Of a stretch of 46,940 nt of DNA, positions 12,356-23,314 are shown in pieces. This DNA comes from Bigelowiella natans CCMP2755 (taxonomy: Eukaryota > Protista > Cercozoa). How positions within the stretch are numbered: the first letter of the stretch is position 1; every line of letters starts with the position of its first letter. The stretch spans positions 1 through 46,940 of the forward strand of contig ADNK01001333.1 of NCBI GenBank assembly GCA_000320545.1. The letters run 5' to 3'. Below the pieces are notes generated by a model. It was not told where the DNA came from. It ran no database searches and saw only the letters and a list, made by a program, of their open reading frames with translations. Both the position numbers and the translations under genes were made by a program.

Positions 12356-15300
12356 GTGTATCTCCACTTCCGCACAATTGCCCCTTTCAGGAAGCACGCC
12401 AACCTCTTGCTGCCTACTAAGCAGTTTTCTTCTCCATATTGCGACAACAACATCAACATCATCATCATCATTAACAACAACTATTTCGTATGGGCACTCG
12501 CCTATTATGCATCGACTGACTGATTGATTCATCGGTTGATTGATTGGCGCATTTCACATTGTACATATATGCTATCACCACGAGGACTCTCCCAAGATGA
12601 TCTTCCAAAATCGGCGATGTATCATCACGACTGAGCCTGCTTGTGCTGCTAATATGCAGGGCGGTGTGGCCATCCTTCTTTTCCTCCTTCTCATTCCCCC
12701 CCTCTTCCCCCTCCCCCTCCTTGCGCTCCTCAATATTAGAGAGAGATGTTGTCCTGGTGCTGCTGGCGCTGCTGCTTCTCTGGACCTCGGGCAAAGAGCT
12801 TTCTCCCTTCTTCTGTAACTGCGAGGTCATAACACCATCGAGCTGGAGGAGACTGGAAGGAACGCTAACGAGACTATACCTGCGAATGATGATTAAGAAG
12901 CAGCAGAATAGAAGGTAGGAGGGGCAGTAGAAATAGTCGTTCAAGATTCGTTGGTGGCGTGGTGAAAAGCAGCGGCGAGGAGATTCAGCTTGGAGGGCTC
13001 AACTAGCAATGATATAAAAATCGTCATTCCCATTATTTTTGTGGTCTTCTTCGTCGTTATTTCCTGCTGCTTCTTCTTCCCCCCTCATCACCCTATCCCC
13101 ACCACAACCACCACCACCATCATCTAGACCATCAATCATCATCATCATCAACAACAACAACAACAACAACATCATCAAAATCACCACCACCACCACCACC
13201 ATGATCCCCATCGTCATCATTCATCATGATACATAATCATCACTGACAAGTGCCCCCTCCTGGCAACGATCATCGTGTCATTGAGCGTGCTGCAGATTGC
13301 GCTTGCAGTGAAGTGGATGCTCTGGATAGGATCAGGGGAGAATGCCAACCGGCGAATTCGGAACGAGGGAGGAGCCATCTGAGGATTGTGCGAAAAAATC
13401 AGACAGCGACAAGCACCACCATCACCAACACTCATCATCGTCATCATCGTCATCGTCATCATCATCATCATCGTCACCATCTTGCATTTATCGCCCCTTG
13501 CACAGAATAATATGTTGGGGGGCTAAGCCGGCTGTTCATTCGTGACGACGACGACGACGACGACGACAACAACGCACCGGGTGACCTCCCACTGAGGAGG
13601 TGAGAGCAGGAGAAGCAGAGTTGAGAGCTTTAGTGTTGGTACTGCTGCTGCTACTACTACTACTACTATCCTTCGGTCCATCTAATACGAACCTCCTTCT
13701 AGGGTCGTCTTTGCCTGACGAGAAGGGTCCTTTGAAATCACTACTCGATATTGTGGTTGACGTCGAGGATGACGATGACGTTACCCTACAACTCAGTTTA
13801 TTGTGACGGAGACTGCTGTTTCTGCTGCTGCTACTACTACCACCACTGCTACTATGGTGACTGCTACTTCTATCATTCTTGGCAATACTACTGCTGATGC
13901 TCTCCACTGCCGCTTGATCGTCAGGTTTTGCTATTCTCCTCGGAGTCTGCTGCTCAGAGCTGCCCAAACCATCGAAGATCGCGCGTCTCTTTGCTAGATT
14001 GTCGGAAGAGTAGGTGTGGAAAAGGAAGAGGGAGAGGAGGAGGAGGAGGAGGAGGAGGGGAGGAAAGAATTAGATCACCAGAGATTTCGCGGACAGGAGA
14101 CATTAGTGCAATTAAAAGACGAATGGTGGCTTTATTATATTACAACCGATTCGTCGCTAGCAGCTATAGCAACCATGTGGGCAAAAATCGAGTATAACGG
14201 AGGGGGTGGGGGGGGGGGAGGTGGAGTCGTGCGTTGTGTTTTGCAGCTCTACAAGCAGCCCATTTTCATGGGCCTTATACTCCAATACAATCCCTCCTCC
14301 TCCCCCCCTCCCCCATCCTCTACTGCTTTTGATCATCACCAAGATCTATTCGTATCGTATGGGTAGAGTTGCTGCCACTTCCAGAGGAGGAATAATGGCT
14401 GCCAATCAAGAAGCTGCTCCTTTTCAAAGACGAAGATGAAGGCGAGATCCTTGCTGGAACGCTGGACATAAGCGGGTTGGAGGGCACCGATCTCTGCCTT
14501 GCTAGCAGCATTTGCCTCGTCGTGCTGCGCTTCGACTGCCCCCCCCCCCCTTCCTTCGAGGCCTTCTCCTCCCCCGTTCGTTTCTTGCTGCCTAAGAGGG
14601 GTGAGCTCGGGGCGGAACGGGAACCGCCGACGCTGCCATGTTGTAAGCTTTGCCTGGTTTGCTTGCCGTCAGTGTTAGTGCTACTTGTTGCCTCTGAAGG
14701 TGGTGCTTTAAGAAACCATCGTTTCTTTCTGCTGTCCCTCTTGTTCTTCTTGCCCGCCTGAGACGACGACGGCGATACCGATTTACACTCTGATTTTGTC
14801 GCACGACGCCCCCCTCCCCCCCCCTCCTTCGCCTCGCCGTGGAGTGCTGCTCCTACTGTTGCGGACGACGACACGATGGATAGCATCTTCGCAGTAATCA
14901 TGCTGTCCTGCACCTTCACTTCTCTATAGTCCTTCCGATATGCCATCTCAATCACCTCGTTGGCCTCCTTGTTAAAAGCATGCCACACAGCTCGGCCGCT
15001 CTTATACACTTCAAGCCACTGCCACTATGGGGGGGGGGGGGAGGGAGGATGGCTGAGGGCGATGGGTGATATTTATATATTTATATGAACGATCGTCCGA
15101 GTCAAACCATTTGACTATCATTTCTAAATACGAAGAACCGAGGGGGGGTAGAGGGGTTGTATCAGTAACCACCTGCCAGTCAGTCGTCGTTGAAGTATAT
15201 CGATGTAGAGTCGGGGGAGAATCGTTGTTATCATCCTCACCCTGACCGTCGCCGCCACTTCCTCTCTGCAATGATGACGACGATGATGCTGGGGATGGGC

Positions 15301-15646
15301 CTGACAAAGAACCTTGCTTTTTCTTCTCTCCTCCATCCGCTGCAATACATAACACAACCCAGGCAAAGAACGATGATGGTCATCTCGAAACAAATGAATC
15401 AACAGAGTCATCACGTCTCGTCGCCATCGTGTCTGTTTTTGGACTAGCATCTTTACATCCTAAGTCTGCCAGATTCTAGTATCAATCAATTACTCCTACC
15501 CCTGGCAATGCCCTTGTTGTTGAGGCTAGAAGGCAGTCCGTACACATCAATCCGCTTTGAATTCAAGCACACCACATGCGCCCTAGTGAAATTCATTAGT
15601 TTCAGAGAATAATATAGAGTGCGCTAGATACCCCACATCAACACAA

Positions 15647-15703
<57 letters not shown>

Positions 15704-17007
15704 TGTGTGTTTACGTCAATATTCCCTACGTAACAAAATGAGAACCATCACATTATCCCACTCCTCTCTCTCACCTACCTCGAGGCCATGATCTGGATTG
15801 TTGCCTGATCAGTTAGTCTGTACACAAAATCGGCCTTTTTTGCGCTGGAGAAGCATACAAGCTGGCGGCCAGTCACGCACAGCAGCCCCTCTGGCGAACA
15901 GCCCTTGTTACTACGTTCTTCTACTGTCTTCTTCCTTATACACGACTTGCTCTGCGACAACCTCGTTAGCCTAGGTGCCCCAAACGGGATGGTACAAAGT
16001 TCTTCGACCGCATTTTTAACGACGTGGATTACCACGCACTCGCGCTCAAAACCGACACACAGCTGCGATTTGGAGACCCACTCCATAGCCATTGGCGTTG
16101 CGGGTACGAACAGCTCGCGTACGAGGCGGATAGGCCCCATTACTGGTGGGGGGCACGACGAATCCAAAGCATTATTATCAGTATCACCGCTGCTACTTCC
16201 GGTCATCACACCCTCTCCTCCTCCTCCTCCTCCTCCTCCTCCTCCTCCTCCTCCTCCTCCTCCTCCTCCTCCTGTAGTCTCCTTACTCTCTTCATTCTGC
16301 TGCCGGTGCTGCCACATGATTTTGGAGTCGTACATCGTGACACGGCGGCGCTTTCTCCATGCGGTGCAAAGGCAGATGTGCGAGGCTCGGTGGCGATCGG
16401 ATCCATCACGCCTTTGCACGCGCGAAGCGAACAGTGACACATTGGATAGGGTGAGTTGAGAAGATTTGTTAGAGGAGGAGGAAGGGTTTGTCAGATACAG
16501 CAAAGGCTCCAGCGTGCGTGTTCGAAGGAAGTGAATTGTATTTCCGCAAAGAACGAGCAGCACCTGTGCTTCAGGAACAGCCTTAATCTGTGATACCTCA
16601 CCCTTGCCAATTTTTCTGTTTGTAAGTGGCCGGACCTGAGATATTGGGTCGCACCCTCTACCTCGTGTCGTCCGTGGTGAGGCGACGGCCGCAGCGGAAT
16701 GATGAGGCAAAGTCGATGCGGAAGTAGAAGTGGTAGATCCTCCTGACACGTCTCCCTCTTCCTTCGTGTCACCACCATCATAAGTACTATCATCCATCGA
16801 CGAGAAGGTGTTGATCTCATACGCAAGGACATGGCCAGTCGAAGTGCCTCCATACACCACACCAGCAGCGTGCTCGAGGCACAGTATCGCTTCCGCGCGC
16901 GTGTTGAGAAGCGGCATCAGCATAAGCTTTGTACGGGAACGTTGTCCGTGAGGTGCATATACTGCCTTTGATGGAGCCGTGGTGGGCCCAGGCAGCGATG
17001 CCTCCAT
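8348..17007 (-). CDS. Very large multi-exon protein: N-terminal CNH (Vps39/TGFBRAP1-like) beta-propeller, WWE-like module, low-complexity linkers, C-terminal VPS9 (Rab5-GEF) domain. Start may be 17007 or 17223
   Basis: CNH-like sequence in ORF 15775-17223 (AILCLEHAAGVVYGGTSTGHVLAY; VSQIKAVPEAQVLLVLC; RELFVPATPMAMEW..LCVGFERE). WWE-like WHAFNKEANEVIEMAYRKDYREVKV at ~14900-15000. VPS9 exons join in phase: WLRELSLEEMG..PIELLPSIIIERDVTSKLRLLDALHKKL..SLSADDVMPMLCYIIVRSDTPSLFSETHFLTEFLSQDALLG|HLGYLVTSLQIGLHYIL (exons ending 10000-9879 and starting 9446). That this is one gene rather than two is inferred. Confidence 0.7.
16210..16272 (-). repeat. (CCT)n trinucleotide run encoding poly-Gly inside the CNH exon
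   Basis: Uninterrupted cct array within the open frame 15775-17223. Confidence 0.9.
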
Positions 17008-17068
17008 TTCGCCCCTCCCCTGAACGAAGGTAGTCACAGATTCCCGGTGCTCTCTCTCTCGGTGCAGA

Positions 17069-17093
17069 ATATCTCGAGGTATCCTCGAGATAT
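17069..17093. promoter_or_regulatory. Perfect 11-bp inverted repeat in the short divergent spacer between the CNH/VPS9 and C69 genes
   Basis: atatctcgagg-tat-cctcgagatat. A regulatory role is inferred from position only. Confidence 0.45.
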
Positions 17094-17249
17094 AGTAGTA
17101 AAAGGGATGGCATTTTCGGATTGCGTCAACCAGAAATGTCTCATGGTACCTGTCGCCCCAAATGCAGGGGATTTTACGTGCGTGAAAGGATGGAAAGGTT
17201 GTCGAGGAACGAAACTCCCACATTCGAAGGGTCAGGAAGTATAACCCCC

Positions 17250-17878
17250 ATGACCGTCATCACCTCCATCCTTGCCTTTTCCCTGGCAGCCCAGGCGTGC
17301 ACCAATCTCCTCGTGTCCAGGGGAGCTTCAGACAACAATGCAACTCAGTTGGCATATAATGCAGACTCGGGAAGTTTGTTTGGTTCTATTGGATATTATC
17401 CAGCGAAGGAGCATGCAGATGGTGCAATGAGAGAGGTTTGGGATTGGGACTCTTCTAAATTTCTTGGGAAAATTCCTGAGGCGAAGCGTACCTATGGCGT
17501 CGTTGGAAACGTGAATGAACATGGTAATCGCGATTGAAAAACATCTTTTCGAATTTCTAACAGCTGCCACAACTCTCTATCCATAGGCCTAATCATTGGC
17601 GAAACGACCTTTGGAGGATTGCCTCAGTTGGGAACAGAGGGCACTGGCGCGATTATGGATTATGGATCCTTGATATGGATTGCACTCCAACGATCCAAAA
17701 CTGCTCGCGAGGCAATCATGCTAATCGATAAACTGTGTACCGAGTATGGCTACGCGAGTGAGGGAGAGTCCTTTTCTCTTGCCGACAGCGAAGAGGTATC
17801 ATTTCCTTCAGTTTGGAAAGACTATTTCAAACTCTTTATGAGAAATACGATCGTTATATTCCATAGTTATAACAGTCG

Positions 17879-17922
<44 letters not shown>

Positions 17923-20197
17923 GTCTGTCTTCTCTACCGACCGTTATTTTCCTGCTTCCTTACGATAAGGTGTGGCTCATGGAGCTCATTGGAAAAGGAA
18001 ATTATTCTCGAGGTGCTGTATGGGTTGCTAGAAAGATTCCCGAGGGCTATGTCGGAGGCACGGCCAATCAAGCCAGGATCCGAACCTTCCCATTGAATGA
18101 CCCTGAGAACTGCCTCTATGCGAAAGATGTCGTGTCCTTCGCAAAATCGATCGGTTTGTACCCAGAGCAGGGAAAGGACGAAGACTTCAGCTTCTCTGAC
18201 ACGTCAGTATTATTTAAAACAAGGGATCATCTTTGATGTGAAAAGAGAGGAGCACCTTTTATGTGTCGATAGATTAGAGAAAGGGACCTGATAGCTCCAT
18301 ATAATCATACTTCGGTGCAGGTATGATCCTGTAAGCTTTACTGGGGCAAGGCTGGCTGAGGCGAGAATGTGGACGCTTTTTAATAAGGCACTAAGTGTAG
18401 GAGTAGGGAGTAGTGCTTCTTGTTGTCGGAAAATATATTATTATTAGAGACCAAAGCACCATCGCCCCAAATACCTTAACCCTCGTCTGCGCTTTTCACG
18501 ATGATTCACAGCTCTCCAACGGTGGCATGGCTGAATACTTGGATTATGCACAAGGTATGGTCGTATTACGAGGAGTAAAGGAGAGCAAACAATCGAATTC
18601 AAAACTGTGCACATCCCATGGAAAATTAATGCGGCCACAAAACTATCATAATCTGTTCCTAAGGCTTCAACCTCACGAACCGGATGCCGCTCTTTGTCAA
18701 GCCATCCTCCCCTCTTTCTCTGAACGACACCATGGAGCTAATGCGCTCTCATGGCGAAGAAACCTGGTATTGTTCCGCTGCAATTCACGACAGCGCGTCG
18801 AGATATTTGACTAGGGATACAACAGAGCGAGTCATTGTTCGTTAGTGTCTGTCGCTGTGCTCTTCTCAGAAGAGAACATTGAATGTGCTATTGCCACTGC
18901 ACCTAGGTTCGACCCGCGAGGTGTTGCACGCAGCGACGTTGGTGCAGGGCCAGGGCATTCGCCGTACCGTTGGAGGCCTCTCACGTGGTCACAGGGATCT
19001 AAATCTTACGTTAACGAAAGGACTGTCGGCACGCAGGTGCTCAGGGGAACGGAGTTGTGGGTTTTGAGGAATTTGTTCCTGTGTGCCAGGGGGAGGGGGA
19101 TGTTGTCGCGCACTGACTTTTCTTCTGAGGGAAGGGTTCTTCGTATCAAATTATTAGAGGGATAGGGAGGAGTCTAAATGCGAAAGGTATATGCTACCGT
19201 CAAAACTACTTCTACTACTACTAACACTCAGCAAACTGCTTGGTCTTTCGTGGCAAGTTCAAGGGCGTGGATGCCAGCCCCCCTCCGTGCGATTATGTGG
19301 TTTGCACCTGACGATAGCTCGACTGGGGTAACAACAACAAAATAGCAGCACCTTCAGTATAAGTGGTGCAAGAAAGTAGAGGCTTACGCGTATGTGGGAG
19401 TGGTGGTGATGCTATTGCGAGGCCGCCGTCCTCTGTAAAATCCTTTGCCGTGATGCGTTGTATTGCCCGGAAACAACTGCTGCTAGGTTCGAATTCCCGT
19501 TTTCGGCGGAAGCACTCTTCTTCCAAAGAGCTTCGCTGACCGCGTTGGCCAGGAACCCGGAGCTGCAGTCAGCTATGGTGGATCGCACGATAAGCACGCA
19601 AGCTAACTAGCGTCTTCACCGCGACAACTATGATGGTGGCGTTTATTTATCACGGCGACTTGATGATGAAAATGTGACGTATTAGGTGTCGAGGCTGATG
19701 CTGGGCGTATGAGCCTGGACAGTGCATTCTGGATATACAATCTCGTCGCAAACATGGCGTATGGGGATCGCTATGCGGAGGTGTACCCGGTGATTCACGA
19801 AAAGGTCATCAAGTTTCAACAGATCCTCATGGAAAAAGCAAGCGAGGTCGAACGCAAAGCGGCGGAGCTCTACAAAGAAGAGCCGGGAGCTGCTGTGAAG
19901 CTACTGAGCGAGTTTGTGGCTGAGACTGGTGACAGCGTGACCCGTGAATGGAGGGAATTCTGGATGTACCTTTTTGCAAGATTTCGGGACGGGTTCACGG
20001 TGGAAGCTCCTGAGTTGCCGCAGTGCAAAGGCGATCAGAAAAAAGCGTGCACGAGCCGAAGTATTCCAAATGTGAAACAGACTGGATATCAGGCGGATTG
20101 GTACGCGAGGGTCGTATCAGATGGAGACAATGAAAAGCATTATGGGATTCCGACGAAATATGACTCAAACAAAATCAAGGCAATTGAAAAGCTTTAA
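17250..20197 (+). CDS. Peptidase family C69 (dipeptidase A/secernin-like Ntn hydrolase) with signal peptide
   Basis: MTVITSILAFSLAAQA|CTNLLVSRGAS..YNADS (N-terminal catalytic Cys right after the signal peptide). VNEHGLIIGETTFGG, MDYGSLIWIALQRSKTAREAI, YGYASEGESFSLAD, ANQARIRTFP, PYRWRPLTW and SLDSAFWIYNLVANMAY all join across canonical introns. Confidence 0.93.
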
Positions 20198-20199
20198 GA

Positions 20200-21138
20200 A
20201 TACCAATTCACTACAGGTGTTCCTCCTCGATTTGCACTCAAGTTCAGTTCGAAAATGCAGAAGTGCGATCGACGAGCATGATTTTCATAAACTCGGTCTC
20301 ATTATTAAGTGACGCATGGCCACCCGCAGCTTGCACTCCATGTGCGATAAAGTGAGAGATCGTGAGGATTCAACTTGAGCAACCATGCTACGCTTGATAT
20401 GTATTGAGCGAAAACAGTTGTGGGTTACGCATAGTGCGTCATTGTATCCAAATTAATCCAGAATCTTGCATTCCATGTCTAGCATGTAGTGCATGACGTG
20501 CCGTGTGTCCTGTCCCAGTCTAGCAATCTGGCGTAGCTACGTAGAATATACTTTTCTCTTGTGTGCACGCATGAAGACATAAAGCATGCGTATAGCGATT
20601 CACCAAGTCATATCACACAGCTCATAGTACATGCAGCATGTTTGTAGCAGTCTATTATTGCACTCTAGCACTACCAGCTTTGCCGCCTGTGATACTGACA
20701 TATCTGGATAAATGGCACACCAGACGTACGCTGTAACTAAAACAAAGCATTGCACGTGTGTACTTTACATCGAGACTATATACAATAATACGTCATAGCA
20801 TATAGTACTTGCATAAATCTCTACTGTCGATCTAGCTGTCTGTATAGTAGCTGTGGCCACTATGGTGTGCACGTGTGTGGACAGATTGCTGACAGATGAC
20901 CGCTCTACGGCTATCAGCTATGCGCAACTAGAGAAGTGAACGAACAAAACTATAAAAAGAAGAGTAGCGAATAACATCATGCAAACACATAGATATACCC
21001 CACGGTACATATCGGTGAGTCATCGCGCTCATGCAATTTAGTTATGGCTCAACAACAGTTTAACACTTTCATTTCTCTACAAAATAAAACCTTCTCCACT
21101 CTCAGTGCCGAGTAGGATGTACACGTTGGGGTTGTATG
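20200..21138. other. Convergent intergenic spacer with palindrome-rich signature
   Basis: e.g. gtctagcatgtagtgcatgacgtg, cgtagctacgtag, gatctagctgtc. Confidence 0.6.
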
Positions 21139-22928
21139 CTATCTCACAACAACTCCTCCAATACTACCACTGGTACTGCTGCCGCTAACTAGGCTGCTAC
21201 TCTCGGGCATTACAAAGCCCCATAATTCTACACCATAACAATTAAAGTCCGCAGATCGCGATAACGACGGGCTCTCGAAAGTTTCACACGGCTCTGACAT
21301 GCCACTTCGTAGCTTTTCGTCCAGCCAAAGGGCACACTTCGGGCTGTAAAGCGGATTTAAGAATGGAACTTTCTCAGTGACTTCAGAAAAGGGTAATAAG
21401 GACACTGCTTCGCGAAAACAAGGATTTACTTAGGAGTGAGAGAGGGATGAGAGGAGGAAATAATTGTTGGAATTTCTCAGAAACATTTATGGATTTTTGT
21501 ATGGAGTGAGTAATTACGGTACGATTAACCCTCCACAGTATTCCCAATCAAACTTATCGAAATCCTATCACTTTTTTGGCGCTCACACGCACGAAGAATG
21601 CACATACCCTCCAAATCCAATATGTTTTGTTTGTGCACTGAGAAAGTGACTGTTCTTCTTCGACCATTTGTAGACTTTCATCTCTGGCGACACCGTGAAT
21701 ACAAAGGTTTGGCCTAATTGCAAGGAAACTCAAGTCCATATCTAACATTTCTTACTCGCAAATAACAAAAAGAAACCATTTCCAAGCAAGCCTCTTCGCC
21801 ACGATTCGGCAAGAAAAGCGCCGAAAACCTACATGTTATCAATCAATGACAAATACACCACATCAGGGATCGTGTATTGCTGTTAGATAATTTGCCTACA
21901 GCGTTTGATTCGTCCTTGACGATGAGAACAGTCGGGCCGCGGCCGATTGCCTTAGAGTAAAAGGTGGAAAGGAGAGAGCCATGCTCGTTGGAGCTGTAGA
22001 GCAGCTTCCAATCGTCTAGTTGCATAGCCAGTGGGAGGTGCTTTGTGAGCTGAAAATTGACGATGATGGATTAGTAGCAACCGGATGTAACTCCACGGTT
22101 GGGAATATGTTTGGTTGAATCGGAAGAAAGAATACGAACTCGTGTGCATATATGGCAATACGGAGATGATAGTAGAAGCGATAGCAATACCTCTTTTGCT
22201 ACTGGCTTGCTAAGAATCGGGCTGATCCTATAGTTGAGCAGTTGTGGGGTGTACTCATATGCGATGCTAACTAACTCGATGTCTGCTTCTGACTTCGTCT
22301 TACTACTCCTCGTCTTAGAATGGGGTCTCTGGAAGTAAAAAATTGGGAGGGAGGGAAAGATTATCAGCTTTCTAAGTCTACCCCATGAAAACCACGAAGG
22401 CACGGTCGGCATCCATCTGTTGCGTTGCTCTGAGGTACTCTCCCACATCTGCTCCATTCTGTGATACATTGGGCTAGCACTAGTTTTCGTCCACGAGGCA
22501 AGTTGATAAAGCTGTTTGCGATTACGGAGTGCGAGGAGACCGAAAATCGCCACTGTGACAAGAAACCATACAATAGAAGCATTATGATGCACGTTGGCAG
22601 TAGCGTCTCTTCCCTTCGCTTGGATCACAAATGCGGGCTGATCGGCTTTGTCGATGGGTGATGTAACACCAATGTTTCCAGTGCTCGTTTCGGTGGAGTT
22701 TTCGGTTAACGGTCCTTGTGACTCGGAAGAATTGATTCGTTTCTGCGGATTCTTCACATCACCAGATAAGATCGTTCTATTCTTATTGATGGACACGGCC
22801 GGCTGCTCGACGGAGGCAGGCTTCGGGACGCTTGAGGGCTCAGAATTACTTCCTCCAGAGACCAGGGTAAGTTGGAGGAGGAGCAAGAGCAGAAGATACA
22901 CGCTGCAAAGGCTCTCCCGGGCCACCAT
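21139..22928 (-). CDS. TLDc-domain protein with N-terminal signal peptide and a transmembrane helix
   Basis: ORF from 22928: signal MVARESLCSVYLLLLLLLQLTLVSG, TM IVWFLVTVAIFGLLAL, then ..SPILSKPVAKE|LTKHLPLAMQLDDWKLLYSSNEHGSLLSTFYSKAIGRGPTVLIVKDESNA|VFGAFLAESWRRGLLGNG|QTFVFTVSPEMKVYKWSKKNSHFL..IGFGG|PKCALWLDEKLRSGMSEPCETFESPSL..VELWGF. This is a complete TLDc signature. Confidence 0.88.
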
Positions 22929-23314
22929 TGGGATCCCTTGGATCAGTTGGCGCCCCTACGAGAATTGTTGTCTTTGTTGTAAAGTGTTGGACGTTCTGCT
23001 CGGTTGTTTTTCATTCAATTATATGGCCTTATTTTTTCTATCTGTCGAGGAGATTTCTTACTAACAAACTAACGGAGGAGCTTTCTTTGTTTCTTTCTTT
23101 CCCCGAGTGCGGGTTAACAAATTATTACGTCATGCAACCAGCGGTCTGTGTCGTCAAATTTGGGAACTTTTTTTGTCGGGAGTTCTACGAACCAGTACAA
23201 AATGACGATAAATAAAATATGCAAAAGTTAAAATAATAAAAATAATGCAAGGGCAAAGTAGATCTAGGTACCAACGCTAGCTCGTCAAATTCTTGGAACG
23301 TTGCCAGGGGATTC

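Noticed and set aside
18386-18510. Possible GC-AG intron in the C69 gene (aataag|gcacta)
   Set aside because: An in-phase GT donor 9 nt downstream explains the junction equally well.
19486-19499. GGTTCGAATTCCCG resembling a tRNA T-arm
   Set aside because: It is the acceptor and first codons (VRIP) of a C69 exon, and no D-arm, anticodon arm or acceptor stem can be formed.
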